Part shown: positions 1-10,000 of the stretch, piece after piece | How the letters are laid out: each line of letters opens with the position of its first letter | Position numbering within the stretch: the first letter of the stretch is position 1 | From: Candidatus Stercoripulliclostridium sp. | Lineage (GTDB): Bacteria > Bacillota > Clostridia > Christensenellales > DTU072 | DNA: 31,670 nucleotides | Reading direction: 5' to 3' | NCBI GenBank assembly: GCA_045534735.1 | Contig: JAZSKG010000105.1 | Coordinates: 1 to 31,670 of the forward strand | Position numbers and translations under genes: made by a program | Notes under the pieces: model-generated | The model's input: only the letters and a program-made list of their open reading frames with translations | Database searches by the model: none | What the model was told of the DNA's origin: nothing

Positions 1-1032
1 ATCTTTGAGGTATAGATAGTCAATAGAGTCGGAATCGGTTGCGAGTACGTTGTTGCCGTCAAAGAATTTGTATGCGGTATAGTTTACACCGGAAGTCATG
101 CGAACTTCGTTCTTAGCATCAAAGCCAAGACTACCATCAAAGTCGTAGTAATAGTCGCCCTTAGAAGTGCTATTCGTACCACCATCGGTCTTGGAGTAGA
201 TAAGACGAGTCTTTCCACCAATAACTTGTACGTCAAGAATACTTAAAGTATAGCCATTCTTGTGAAGAAGGGTTGCTTGGTCGTAAGAATATTTGCCGTC
301 TAGAACTTTTTTAACTTCGCCGTTATTGAATGCCCAAATGGTATTGTGTGTCTCGGTCTTGCTGTCTGCAACGGAAGTAAAGAATACTACACCGGGAAGA
401 GCGTCTTCGTAAGTATAGGTAAGGAATGCAGAAGAGATTTCTTCTTTTACAACTTCGTCCTTAATCTTCTTTGCCTTTAGGTCAATTGCGTGTAGGTTGC
501 GGTCTGCATCAAGGTATACTAGGTAGTCCCCAGCAACACGGAAGTTGGTGGTGTAGTCGTCTAGTTTTGCCAAAACTTGGGTTTCCGAACCATCAAGTTT
601 GGTGCGCAAAATCCACATGTTTGCAGTTTTTGCATTACCATCAGAACCCTTTTCCGTAGAAGGTGAAGTATAGTAAATGTATCCGTCTTGAACGGTTAAG
701 CCAACCTTAGTGTTGGTGTTGTAAACGTTCTTGGGAACTATAGTAGTAAGGGTTGACTTCTTGGGAGCGCCGTTTTCTAGTTCTACTCTCATTATAGCGC
801 CTTTAACTGCTTTTCCGAATTCATTTTCACCGGTTACGTCTGCGTAGCCGTTAATGAAATATACGTACTTGCCTACTCTAACTGCTAAGCCACCGTTAGA
901 ACTTACGGTACTATCTGAAAGATCGGTTGCTACGGCATCTTGCTTATAGTTTTCGTTACATGCAACCAAGGTGCAAGCCATAACGCCAACTAGAAGCACA
1001 CAAATTACTAAAGTTAATAGTTTCTTCTTCAT
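1..1032 (-). CDS. Lipoprotein with DUF5050-like (predicted beta-propeller) domain, truncated by the left window edge
   Basis: Absent from the ORF track because it runs off the edge. Manual translation from ATG at 1032 is open to base 1 (344 codons): MKKKLLTLVICVLLVGVMACTLVAC-NENYKQDAV...NGGLAVRVGKYVYFING...DGYIYYTSP...WILRTKLDGSETQVL...GDYLVY. It has a lipobox LVA-C25 and an RBS GGAG at 1038-1041. The NGG-A-x-x-G-x-Y-x-YF and GYIYY/R-x-K-LDGS blade motifs resemble DUF5050 proteins (family recalled, not searched). Confidence 0.8.
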   Translation of the reverse strand, partial: MKKKLLTLVICVLLVGVMACTLVACNENYKQDAVATDLSDSTVSSNGGLAVRVGKYVYFINGYADVTGENEFGKAVKGAIMRVELENGAPKKSTLTTIVPKNVYNTNTKVGLTVQDGYIYYTSPSTEKGSDGNAKTANMWILRTKLDGSETQVLAKLDDYTTNFRVAGDYLVYLDADRNLHAIDLKAKKIKDEVVKEEISSAFLTYTYEDALPGVVFFTSVADSKTETHNTIWAFNNGEVKKVLDGKYSYDQATLLHKNGYTLSILDVQVIGGKTRLIYSKTDGGTNSTSKGDYYYDFDGSLGFDAKNEVRMTSGVNYTAYKFFDGNNVLATDSDSIDYLYLKD

Positions 1033-1064
1033 ATTTACTCCGAAAAGTTTTGTATAACTTATTT

Positions 1065-1093
1065 ATTATATAATAGTAATATTATTTTTGCAA
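1065..1093 (-). promoter_or_regulatory. Sigma-70/SigA promoter for the DUF5050-like lipoprotein
   Basis: Minus strand TTGCAA (1093-1088), 17-nt spacer, TATAAT (1070-1065), about 30 nt upstream of the ATG. Confidence 0.7.
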
Positions 1094-1118
1094 GGATTTG
1101 CAAAGATTTTTACACTTT

Positions 1119-1898
1119 TTACTCGCCTTCAACAAGACTTGCAACGCTATCAAACACAAAACTGGGCTTAATGCCACTTGCAGATAGCATTTCTTTAGTT
1201 GTTTCACCGGAAAGTACTAGTACCGATTGGAATCCGTTATTGATGCCAAAAAGGATATCGGTGTACAAACGGTCGCCTATCATAACGATTCTTTCCTTGG
1301 GAATATCAAAAAGGTGTCCTATGATTTCTGCCATTGGAGAATAAGGCTTACCGCATATAACGCTGGGTGCCCTACCACAAGAACACTCAAAGAGTGCCAT
1401 CATTGCTCCTACGTCGGGCATATCACCGATATCGGAGGGGCATACGGTGTCGGGATGAGTAGCCATAAATTCTCTGCCCTTTTCTAGCAAAATATTGGCC
1501 TTCCAAAGTTTTTCATAATTGAGAGTGGTATCAAACGCAAGTAAAACTATGTCGGCATCCTCACTGATCGGAACACCTTCTTCTTCCAAGGTTTTAACGA
1601 AGGTGGGCGTCCCTATTGGGTATACGCTCTTAGAAGGGCGACGGGTGTGCAAAAATTGTACCGTTGCCATAGTACTGGTTACTATTTGCCAAAGGTCAAC
1701 GGGGTATCCCATGGATGCAATCTTTTTGACGTATTCGCGCTTGTCTTTTGATGAGTTGTTGGTTAAAAAACAAACCTTCTTACCCATGGCGGTAAGTTTT
1801 TTTAAGGTATCAATAGCACCCTCTATGGGTTTATCGCCAAGATAGATGGTTCCATCTAAATCAAACAAGAATAAATCGGCATCAACGGTTGCTCTCAT
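1119..1898 (-). CDS. HAD-superfamily hydrolase, subfamily IIA (NagD/AraL-like sugar or glycerol phosphate phosphatase)
   Basis: All four HAD-IIA motifs are present: FDLDGT (I), LTNNS (II), GKP (III) and GDRLYTD (IV), plus the THPD..CP cap motif; 259 aa. Confidence 0.93.
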   Translation of the reverse strand: MRATVDADLFLFDLDGTIYLGDKPIEGAIDTLKKLTAMGKKVCFLTNNSSKDKREYVKKIASMGYPVDLWQIVTSTMATVQFLHTRRPSKSVYPIGTPTFVKTLEEEGVPISEDADIVLLAFDTTLNYEKLWKANILLEKGREFMATHPDTVCPSDIGDMPDVGAMMALFECSCGRAPSVICGKPYSPMAEIIGHLFDIPKERIVMIGDRLYTDILFGINNGFQSVLVLSGETTKEMLSASGIKPSFVFDSVASLVEGE

Positions 1899-2901
1899 AT
1901 TTTTCCTTTGTGTTAAACGTTAGCGCGTCTAAATATCCGCTTTCTACAAGGTCCCTAACGAGATGTTTTTTAGGGAGCAGAATCGCGCTTATGATTATAG
2001 CGGTAATTATTGCATCTAAATCAACCTTGACGTCCCCTGCAGAAAGTCTAAAAGAATTAAGCAATTTTTCCAGTTCATTTTCCGTGGGGATAAAGTCTTT
2101 TACCTGCTCTAGAAGGAAATTTACTTGTGGCGGTCTTCCCCTCTCCAGAGGTAACTTGATACCGTTTAACTCGGCTATAATGCGCGCGCGAACTAAGTCC
2201 ACACAAGGTAGTATAGCGCAAAAATCATAGTTTGTAAACTGTCTTTTTAAATATAAAAGAGAAAATAGCGCGTAAAAGCGCGCGTGTATATTGTCCAAAG
2301 GGTGCAAACGGTTTAACGTTTCAAAGAGAAACGACACGTACTCCAACCCACCAAGGGCTTCTATGCCGGTGCTTAAAAATTTAAGCAACTCCTCGTCGGT
2401 TCTAAATTCTCCCTCTATTTCCACAAACTCTTTTAGTAAGTTGTAAGCAACCCTCTCCTTCTCACCAAGCCTACCACTACCAAAGATACTTAATGATTCT
2501 ACGTAGAGTGCAGTTAGCAAAATTTCAACCTCTGCCTGGAATAAATATTCATCATTGGTGTTATCTAGAAATACAATATTTGGGTATCCATATTCCACTT
2601 TTTGGAAGTCGTATATTCCAAAGTTCTGAAAGGTAACTAGATTTACTTTTTGTCCTGCCACAACGTAAGGAAGTCCACTCTTTTTTGCTTCCAAAACGGT
2701 CTCCTCTTCTCCGGAGGCAATCATTACGCGCACACTGGGAGGCACCTCTTTATGACAATCTATCACCCTATTCCCAGCCCTTTCCAACGCTCGCCGAACG
2801 TACTCAAAATCCCCCACTATGCCAACGTCACAGTAGGGGAAATTGTTTGTTACGTAAGAAAGCAGACTCTCTTTCAAGTTCTTCGTTATTACTATTTCCA
2901 C
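1882..2901 (-). CDS. Divergent sn-glycerol-1-phosphate dehydrogenase (AraM/EgsA, DHQS-like fold)-related protein, probably lacking catalytic motifs
   Basis: 339 aa from a GTG start. VMIASGEEETVLEAKKSGLPYVVAG and YGYPNIVFLD occupy the positions of the G1PDH segments IIAVGSGTINDxxK...GxPYxxVxT and P-x-A-I-I-x-D, and the C-terminal VRDLVESGYL resembles the family end. The stop overlaps the HAD-IIA start by 17 nt. The ORF is well supported; the family call is tentative. Confidence 0.5.
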   Translation of the reverse strand: MEIVITKNLKESLLSYVTNNFPYCDVGIVGDFEYVRRALERAGNRVIDCHKEVPPSVRVMIASGEEETVLEAKKSGLPYVVAGQKVNLVTFQNFGIYDFQKVEYGYPNIVFLDNTNDEYLFQAEVEILLTALYVESLSIFGSGRLGEKERVAYNLLKEFVEIEGEFRTDEELLKFLSTGIEALGGLEYVSFLFETLNRLHPLDNIHARFYALFSLLYLKRQFTNYDFCAILPCVDLVRARIIAELNGIKLPLERGRPPQVNFLLEQVKDFIPTENELEKLLNSFRLSAGDVKVDLDAIITAIIISAILLPKKHLVRDLVESGYLDALTFNTKEKYESNR

Positions 2902-2938
2902 GCGTATATATTAAAATTTTTTACACCTCCCATTTCCC

Positions 2939-4006
2939 CTAATTTTGTCGCATTTCCACTTTTTCCGTCTCACAATCCGTGACAACCAAAATTAAATTGT
3001 AGACGAATGCGACTATCGGTACTCCCAGCATAAATCCCCAAAATCCAAACAGTCCACCGCCCACGACTACGGCAAGAAGCACCATGAAAGGAGATAGTCC
3101 AACGTACTTTCCCACCACTATCGGATAGGTGGTAACCTGTTCTATTTGCTGTAATACTAGCGTTATTATCACAAACGTTAACACACTCTTTAACGATATT
3201 GGAGCCAGTATTATCACTCCTACCACCCCACCTACCAAACCACCCACGGTAGGCACTAAATTAAATATTCCTACCACAACGGCAAGCAATAACGCATAAG
3301 GAACTTTAAATATTAAAAATATTGAATAGCAAATTAATGAAAACAATAGCGCCTCTATCGTACTACCACCCAAATATTTTGAGAACTTTTCCGTCACGGC
3401 CTTTATGGCTCCCCAGAAAAACTCAGTCTTCTTTTCTCCAAATATTTTTATACCCAATTGCATAAGCATACGACCACCTTTGCCATCCCCCAAAAGCATA
3501 GTTACTCCGAGCATCAACCCAAAAAGAATACTTACTATACCCTTTAGGGTATTCCCCACCCGTGCAACCATGTAAGGGACTAATTTATCCGTCTGCTTAA
3601 GCCACGCCTCCAGCCCCTTTTTAAGCCATTCTACGACTTCTTTTGGCAGTTTGAGTACTTCTTCAAGCCCGCCGTTTATCATCCATTCTAGGCTCTCTTT
3701 TAAGGCAGTAATGCTTTTTATTAACTCCGGCACTACCAAATATCCTATTAATACCAAAAGTCCGACGGCGAACACTAAAGAAATCCCCAAGGCGAGAGGT
3801 CTACGAGCCTTTCCCAGTTTTGGTGAAGATAAAATGGTATTTTCTAAAAAATCCACCGGTGCTTTTATTAGTAGCGCAAAAAACACACCCAATAACAACG
3901 GTGCCAATGCGCCGGATATTTTACCGGTTATTTTTGAAGTAATATCAAGATTAAGCGTAAAAAGTACGAGTGCTGTTAAAAATACTATAGTTAGCGCCTT
4001 TTTCAT
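2939..4006 (-). CDS. AI-2E (PerM/YhhT-like) family membrane transporter
   Basis: Multiple hydrophobic segments; P-x-VDFLE near the N-terminus; FNLVPTVGGLVG; LQQIEQ...YPIVVGKYVGLSPFMVLLAVVVGGGLFGFWGFMLGVP is the typical AI-2E C-terminal signature. I place the start at ATG 4006 (MKKALT, 355 aa) because the track's TTG at 4042 lies inside a terminator hairpin. Confidence 0.9.
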   Translation of the reverse strand: MKKALTIVFLTALVLFTLNLDITSKITGKISGALAPLLLGVFFALLIKAPVDFLENTILSSPKLGKARRPLALGISLVFAVGLLVLIGYLVVPELIKSITALKESLEWMINGGLEEVLKLPKEVVEWLKKGLEAWLKQTDKLVPYMVARVGNTLKGIVSILFGLMLGVTMLLGDGKGGRMLMQLGIKIFGEKKTEFFWGAIKAVTEKFSKYLGGSTIEALLFSLICYSIFLIFKVPYALLLAVVVGIFNLVPTVGGLVGGVVGVIILAPISLKSVLTFVIITLVLQQIEQVTTYPIVVGKYVGLSPFMVLLAVVVGGGLFGFWGFMLGVPIVAFVYNLILVVTDCETEKVEMRQN

Positions 4007-4030
4007 AAGAAAAGTATGAGCAACCGGCGC

Positions 4031-4069
4031 CAAAATAAACAAGGGGAAAGGTTGCCCTTTCCCCTTGTT
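4031..4069 (-). terminator. Rho-independent terminator of the giant-lipoprotein operon
   Basis: Perfect 14-bp inverted repeat AACAAGGGGAAAGG (4038-4051) / CCTTTCCCCTTGTT (4056-4069) with a 4-nt loop, followed on the minus strand by TATTTT, about 20 nt after the stop at 4091. Confidence 0.88.
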
Positions 4070-4090
4070 GGTTATAGTTCGTTAATTCTA

Positions 4091-7000
4091 TTAGTCTTCC
4101 GTTTCCAACGTGCATTGGTCACAATATTCTTGTCCGTTTACGGCATAATTCTTGTGGCATTTAGAACAGAGAACTTCTAATGCTATTCTATTTTGTGAGA
4201 ATACGTTTTGTGCTTGTATGTCGTTTCTTAGAGCAACTACCGACTTGATTGCCGTATCGTTTACGGTAAATTCATTATCAAAGATAGACGTGGTTGCTTT
4301 TTCTGACGTAATGTTCACGGCATATCCGCTATTTGCATTAAATACGTTAGTATCTAGTACGATATTGCCGTTTTGTAGATATACGCCGTTTATGTTTCTA
4401 TACAAGGTAGAAGTACGTAATTCAAGGGATCCACCCAATAGATAGATAGCGGTGGTATATCCGTTAAAGTAGGTATCGGTAACGTAAACAGTACTCTTAT
4501 ATCCGGCCTCGGTTCCTATTGCTTTACTATTCGTTAGTGCAGTAGTTCCCTTTCTTACGAACTCACTTCTGGATACGGTCAATGCACTTGCACCTGCTCC
4601 TACTCTAATGGAAGCATCGTTAGCAACGCTGGTTAGAGAAACGATATCTAAGTATAGCGCACCCTTGTTTACAATGATTTGATCAAAGTGTACTGCTATC
4701 CTTTCCATTTCCTCGTCTTGAGCATATGCACCTATCAAGGAGAGGTTTACCTCTTTACTAATAGTAATGGTTCCGTATTCACCGGGAGCAAGATACCAAA
4801 TTGCAGTAGAACTTGCGCCGTCGCCTGCTCCTAATTGAGCAAGTGCTTCTAAGAGTTCCGTTCTATCTTGGATTACACGAGTATTGGGTTTGTCGGCAAC
4901 AATGTTGTAAACGCCGTCAACCACCTCGGTTATCAGGTAATTCTTGTGGAAGTCTGCAGAAAGAACGGCATTCTTGTTTGCAAGAGTTAAAGGATAACTT
5001 CCAACTATATGTCTGCTTGTTAGCGTTCCACCTGCCCAAACAACCTCTAGGTCACCGAAGGTTACGAGTAAGTTGGTGTCGTATCTACCAACCAAACCGG
5101 CTTCTTTCTCATTATCTGCAGAAACCAAAGTTAGAGTCTTACTGCTATCCCTTAAGTTTACAAGAGCATCTAAGTATTCGCTTGATAGATTGTTTACTAT
5201 TAGTTTTACTTCCCTCTTGTGTACGATAAAGTTGTGTTCATATAGTGCGTTATAAACGTTTGCGCCCACGTTTGCACTAGGATAGTTAATTCCACCATCA
5301 ATCTTTACGGTTACTTGGTAAGAACCGGCATCTTTTATCTTAGAACCGGGAGCCATGGTTTGACCGGTCGTTAGGTTCTTGTAAATATAAGTTACCTCTA
5401 TTCCGGCTAAATCTTCGGGCAATCCGTTAACGGGAACGTCAAAGTATTCACCGGTGTACTCAAAGTCTGTATCAATGGTGTAGTTTACCTTCTTGGGCGT
5501 TACGTGTATTACGATGATGAAGTTGGTTTCACCTATAGTATAGTTACGTTGTCCACCGGTAAATACAAGTTCCATTACGTAGGTTCCTACGTTTATAGGT
5601 CTTAAGTTTTCTATGAATTGATGTTGTGAAGCGTTGGGGTTATAATAGCCGTACTTTGCTTCCGTTCTTGCTCCGGTAGGTATGCCGGCAACTGCGACGG
5701 TTCTTTCTTTACCATTATACTCAAAGGTTACTTGTTGTATCATAGTGGAAAGATTTGTGCCGTTTTCATCAACGTAGTCGTATCTGCTTTCTTCTATTCT
5801 AATGGGATTGCCTTGACTGTCTACGTTTTCATAGAAGAATACGTTATCGGCATTGATGATACGTTTGTTAATAACCATCTTATAGTCAACGAATCCGGTG
5901 AAGTTATAATCATCGCCATCGTTAACAATAAGCCTAATGAAGTAATCTTCTGCATCGGCATTTTCTTTAACCTCAACGGGTTGTGTTGCAGACCAGTTAA
6001 TTCTTCCGTCTATTGAATAAAGAACGGTGAAGTTAATAGGTGCATAAGAGCCGTCTTCACGGAGAAGTTCTACACTCTTAACAAAGTCCTTAACCTCTAA
6101 TTCTTCGCCTGAGTATTCTCTATTACGGAAGTTTACTCCGTCTACTTCTTCCCAAATGAAGTCGTCTTGAGTTACCCTTCTTCTTTCTATAATTACGGTT
6201 ATTGCGCCACTTATAACTCTACCATAAGCATTGGTGTAGTAGCAAGTTGCCGTATATTCGCCTGCTTTGTTTTGGTTTAGAGTATCCAATTCCCATATGG
6301 GAGCGATTCCGGAAGTCGTTAAAGGTAGATCGCTTGCAGTTACTTCGGTACCAAGCGGGAATCTTAGTAGCGTAGTTTCAAAGGTTACGCTTTCTTCCTC
6401 TATCCAATTGTAAGAGTAGGTCTTAATTGGCATCTTGAAGGAAATGAACATCTTGTCGCTGTTTTCGCTTGTAGCATCTTTATCACCGGAAAGTCTGGGT
6501 GAATCGTTAAACGACAAGAAGGTGTAACGACATTCAATGTTAGCAACCAAGTTCTCAACGTCGTACTCAATGTTTACTATTTCCATATACTCGCCGTCTT
6601 CAGAAACGATAATTCTATCGGGCAAGATGTTGGTCTCGGGACCGGGGATATAGGTTCCTGCTGCGTTAATACCAATTGGTATGTAGTCGTAAATGAATCC
6701 ACCGTTTACAAAGCCCAACGAAGATGCGCGAGCACCTATTGCACTATTTGCTACGGTAGAACGTAGAGCATAGAGTTTGGGATCTATTACCTTAATTGTA
6801 AATACTACGTTGTCGTCGTCAACCAAGCCGAGCATAGCATCTACGTTGGAGTATACCCTACCCGCTACGTCCGTCTTAACGGTTGATAGACTCTTAGCGG
6901 GGAAACTAAGTGGTACGGGTGCGATTTCGGAGAAGCCATCGTAATCAAAACGATAGTAGAGTTGTTTTGGTAATTGTTCTTCTAGAGGTATTCCCGCAAG

Positions 7001-10000
7001 CACGTACAAAGTACCACCACTCATTGGTTCTTTGGTCGTTTGACCATCGCCAACGTCTTTGGAAACGGGAATATTACGCGCTCTAATGGGGAATTGTACT
7101 TGTAAGGTTGTACCATAGACGTTCATCTTGGCCGTGATAACCATATACTTTTCGCCTATTGCGCCGGTAATAACGCCAACCGTCAATAGGTGATCTTTAT
7201 TATAATTCCACTCTATGTCAGTTGCATGATAAGGAATGGTTGAACCGGTAAAGATTACGTATACGTCTTCGGGGAAGGCAATGTTATAGGGGTCAATGTA
7301 GAACTCGTCTCTTGCTTGTTGATAGTTGTCAACGGCACCTTCGGGAACCTCGGAAAGAATGGTTTCCTCTCCGTTCTTGAGTACGTAGGTGTATTCTACT
7401 TGTCTGTTTACCGTGGTGAGGGAAAGATCTAGATAGGTACCGAATCTTTCGTCGTCACCTACGAAGTTATAGAGGTCGGAGGTAATCGTTTCACCGCCAA
7501 CAACGTATTGTACGCGGAATCTTCTAATCTTAGCAGATATTGCGCCACCCTTTTCATTTGTTCCAACTAGAGAAATATCACGACTTAATACCCATTCAAT
7601 GTCAACGAGAGTAATTTCTGCACCGAATTTTTGTAGTGCTTCGGTTGCAACGTCGTAAGCGTCGTAGTCGTTAGCAAAGCCCAGTACCAACGTGGAGGGC
7701 AAGGTGTAACGACTTCTTAGGTATCCATCGTTATTCGCGGGGTATAGAACGTTGGTTCCACCTTCTAGTTTGAAGAGTCTATCATCGGTAGGAGTGGGGT
7801 CTACTACGAAGGTATAGTTGTAAACCAACTTGCCTTGGCTGTTGGTATTTACACGGAGCAAGGGATACAAGGAGCCGTCCTTAGCAACGTTAGTGTAACC
7901 ACTTTCCTTTGTGGAAATTGCGCGAGGAGTACGATCCAAATAGGTAACGCGTACTGCAAAGGTAAACTTCGTGTCACTATCTCCACCGGAGGTTACGTCA
8001 CAATATACAAGTCTTGTGCCACCCTTAAGATCAATATGATATATACTTTCGGGGCTGGATGCGTCCTTGTTTTGCCAATCAACTTGAACTTCGCCAAGAT
8101 AAATTAGCGTTTGAGCATCTAGGTTTAATCTACCTCTTGCAAGAGCCGTAGTGGGTATTACGGGGTTCAAGGGGTCTATTACAAGTTCAACGTCACCACT
8201 ATAAGCATAGCCGGCGCCAAATCCAAAGTTAAGTTCGTCTATACCAACTTGTTGTGCGTCAAACTTATAAACGTTAGCAGTCGTATAAGTGTTGCTTAAT
8301 TCGTCTTTGTAAGCGTTAGAGAAGGTTATGGAACCCAGTTCTGCAGAATCTCCCCAGTTTGTCTTATTCCAAGACATAATGGTTCTGCCCCTTTCTACGG
8401 AGTTTACGTAATACTCGGGATAGAAGGTTAGTACTTCTACGGTTTCATTGCCGTTCTTATCTACAACTATAAAGGAAACGTTGAAACTTTCGGCAATGGA
8501 TACTAGAGTAAAGTCGTTAAACTCAATAACGTTTTCTTTTAGACCGTTTACTTTGTTAAAAGTCCACGTATCTGCAAAGAAAGTCATCTCCATAACTTGA
8601 CCGGAGGTGCGACTATCGCCGATTCCGTTACCCACATAGCCGTAAATGGTGTACTCAAATCCACCGTTTACCTTAATGTCGTCGTTTACAAGATCTACTT
8701 TTACACCATCCTTTTCTATTCTCCAAAGAACGTTTGGAAGAACGGGGGTGAGAGCGGAAACGTAGGCGCTATCATAAATGCTTACGTTATCGTTCTTTAT
8801 TTCATCATAATAGATTATGGTGCTATTTGCGTTTTGTGAAAGGCTTTCATACAAAGCATCTAAAGCACTACTTTCCGCATTAGTGATGCCACGCATAGCG
8901 CTTAGGTCATAAAAGTCCTCTTCGCTTAAAGTAGAAGGTAGATCTTCAACCAACATACCAAAGGGATTTTCTGCCTTAAGGGTATTGGGGTAACTTTGAG
9001 GACGAGTGAGCGTTCTGTTGAGAACGTATACTTGTAAAATGAAGTATTGTTCTTTATCTAATTCGTCAAAGTTTCTTAGGCTTGAATAGAACAAGTAACT
9101 TGCGCCCTCGTAATCGCCACCATCATAAACGTAATGGCCGTCTACCATGGTGAAGGGAGCATTCTCCGTTGCAAGAGTCCACTCAACGTTTTGGGTAATG
9201 AGATCTCTGCCACTTACGTTTTCATTTGAATGTTCGTCCACGTATTTCTCATAGTACTTAAATTGAGCCGTGGTAGGCAAACTGAAGGTTGCTCTATCGT
9301 ATGGATCTACATAGTAGATACCATTTACAAGAGCACTTGTGCCCTCTCCTGTCTTAGAGTAATAGAATACGTCTTCAAGCACTCTGCATGGGAAGGTTAC
9401 TATCAAACGGAGAGTATCGTTTCCATCGGGCAATGCAACCTTTAAGTAAATAGGATCGTTTACCCCATAGCCATATTCTTGTGATAGAGTATGTCCTACG
9501 TTGTTGTAAGGAATTTCGGTTATTAACGTATACTCTTCTTTGTTTACGTTATTACGGATATAATACTCAACGGGACGTGGCTTTGAGTCTTCTTTAAACT
9601 CATAATTTACTTCACCAAAGGTTACTTTGATGTCCTTTGGCAATACGAATTTGCCTTCTCCACTATTTGCATATTGATCAAAGGTCATATTGTTGCCGTT
9701 AATGACGTAATCACTATGGCTAATTTGACCTGCCGACAACTTGGTTACTTCTACAAATAGTCTTATTTCTTGTTCTTCGCCGTTATATCCAACAATCTTA
9801 TTGGTTGCAAGAAGTGTAGCATTTAATCCGTTTGAAGTAATTGCGTCTTCTAATTTAGCAACGTCAAACAACTCGGGATTATTATCGTCTGCAAAGCCTG
9901 CACCGGGCATCCAACTTCCTATTAGACTGAACTCAATGTCGTAAGCACTGGTAAATGCCGACGTTTGATCGGGCACAATCGTCGTGGGAAGATTTAGGAT

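Noticed and set aside
471-659. 62-aa plus-strand ORF from the track
   Set aside because: Antisense shadow of the real minus-strand lipoprotein CDS (1-1032); no RBS and no recognisable motifs.
4007-4042. Track start of the AI-2E gene at TTG 4042
   Set aside because: It falls inside the terminator stem of the upstream operon; ATG 4006 is more plausible.
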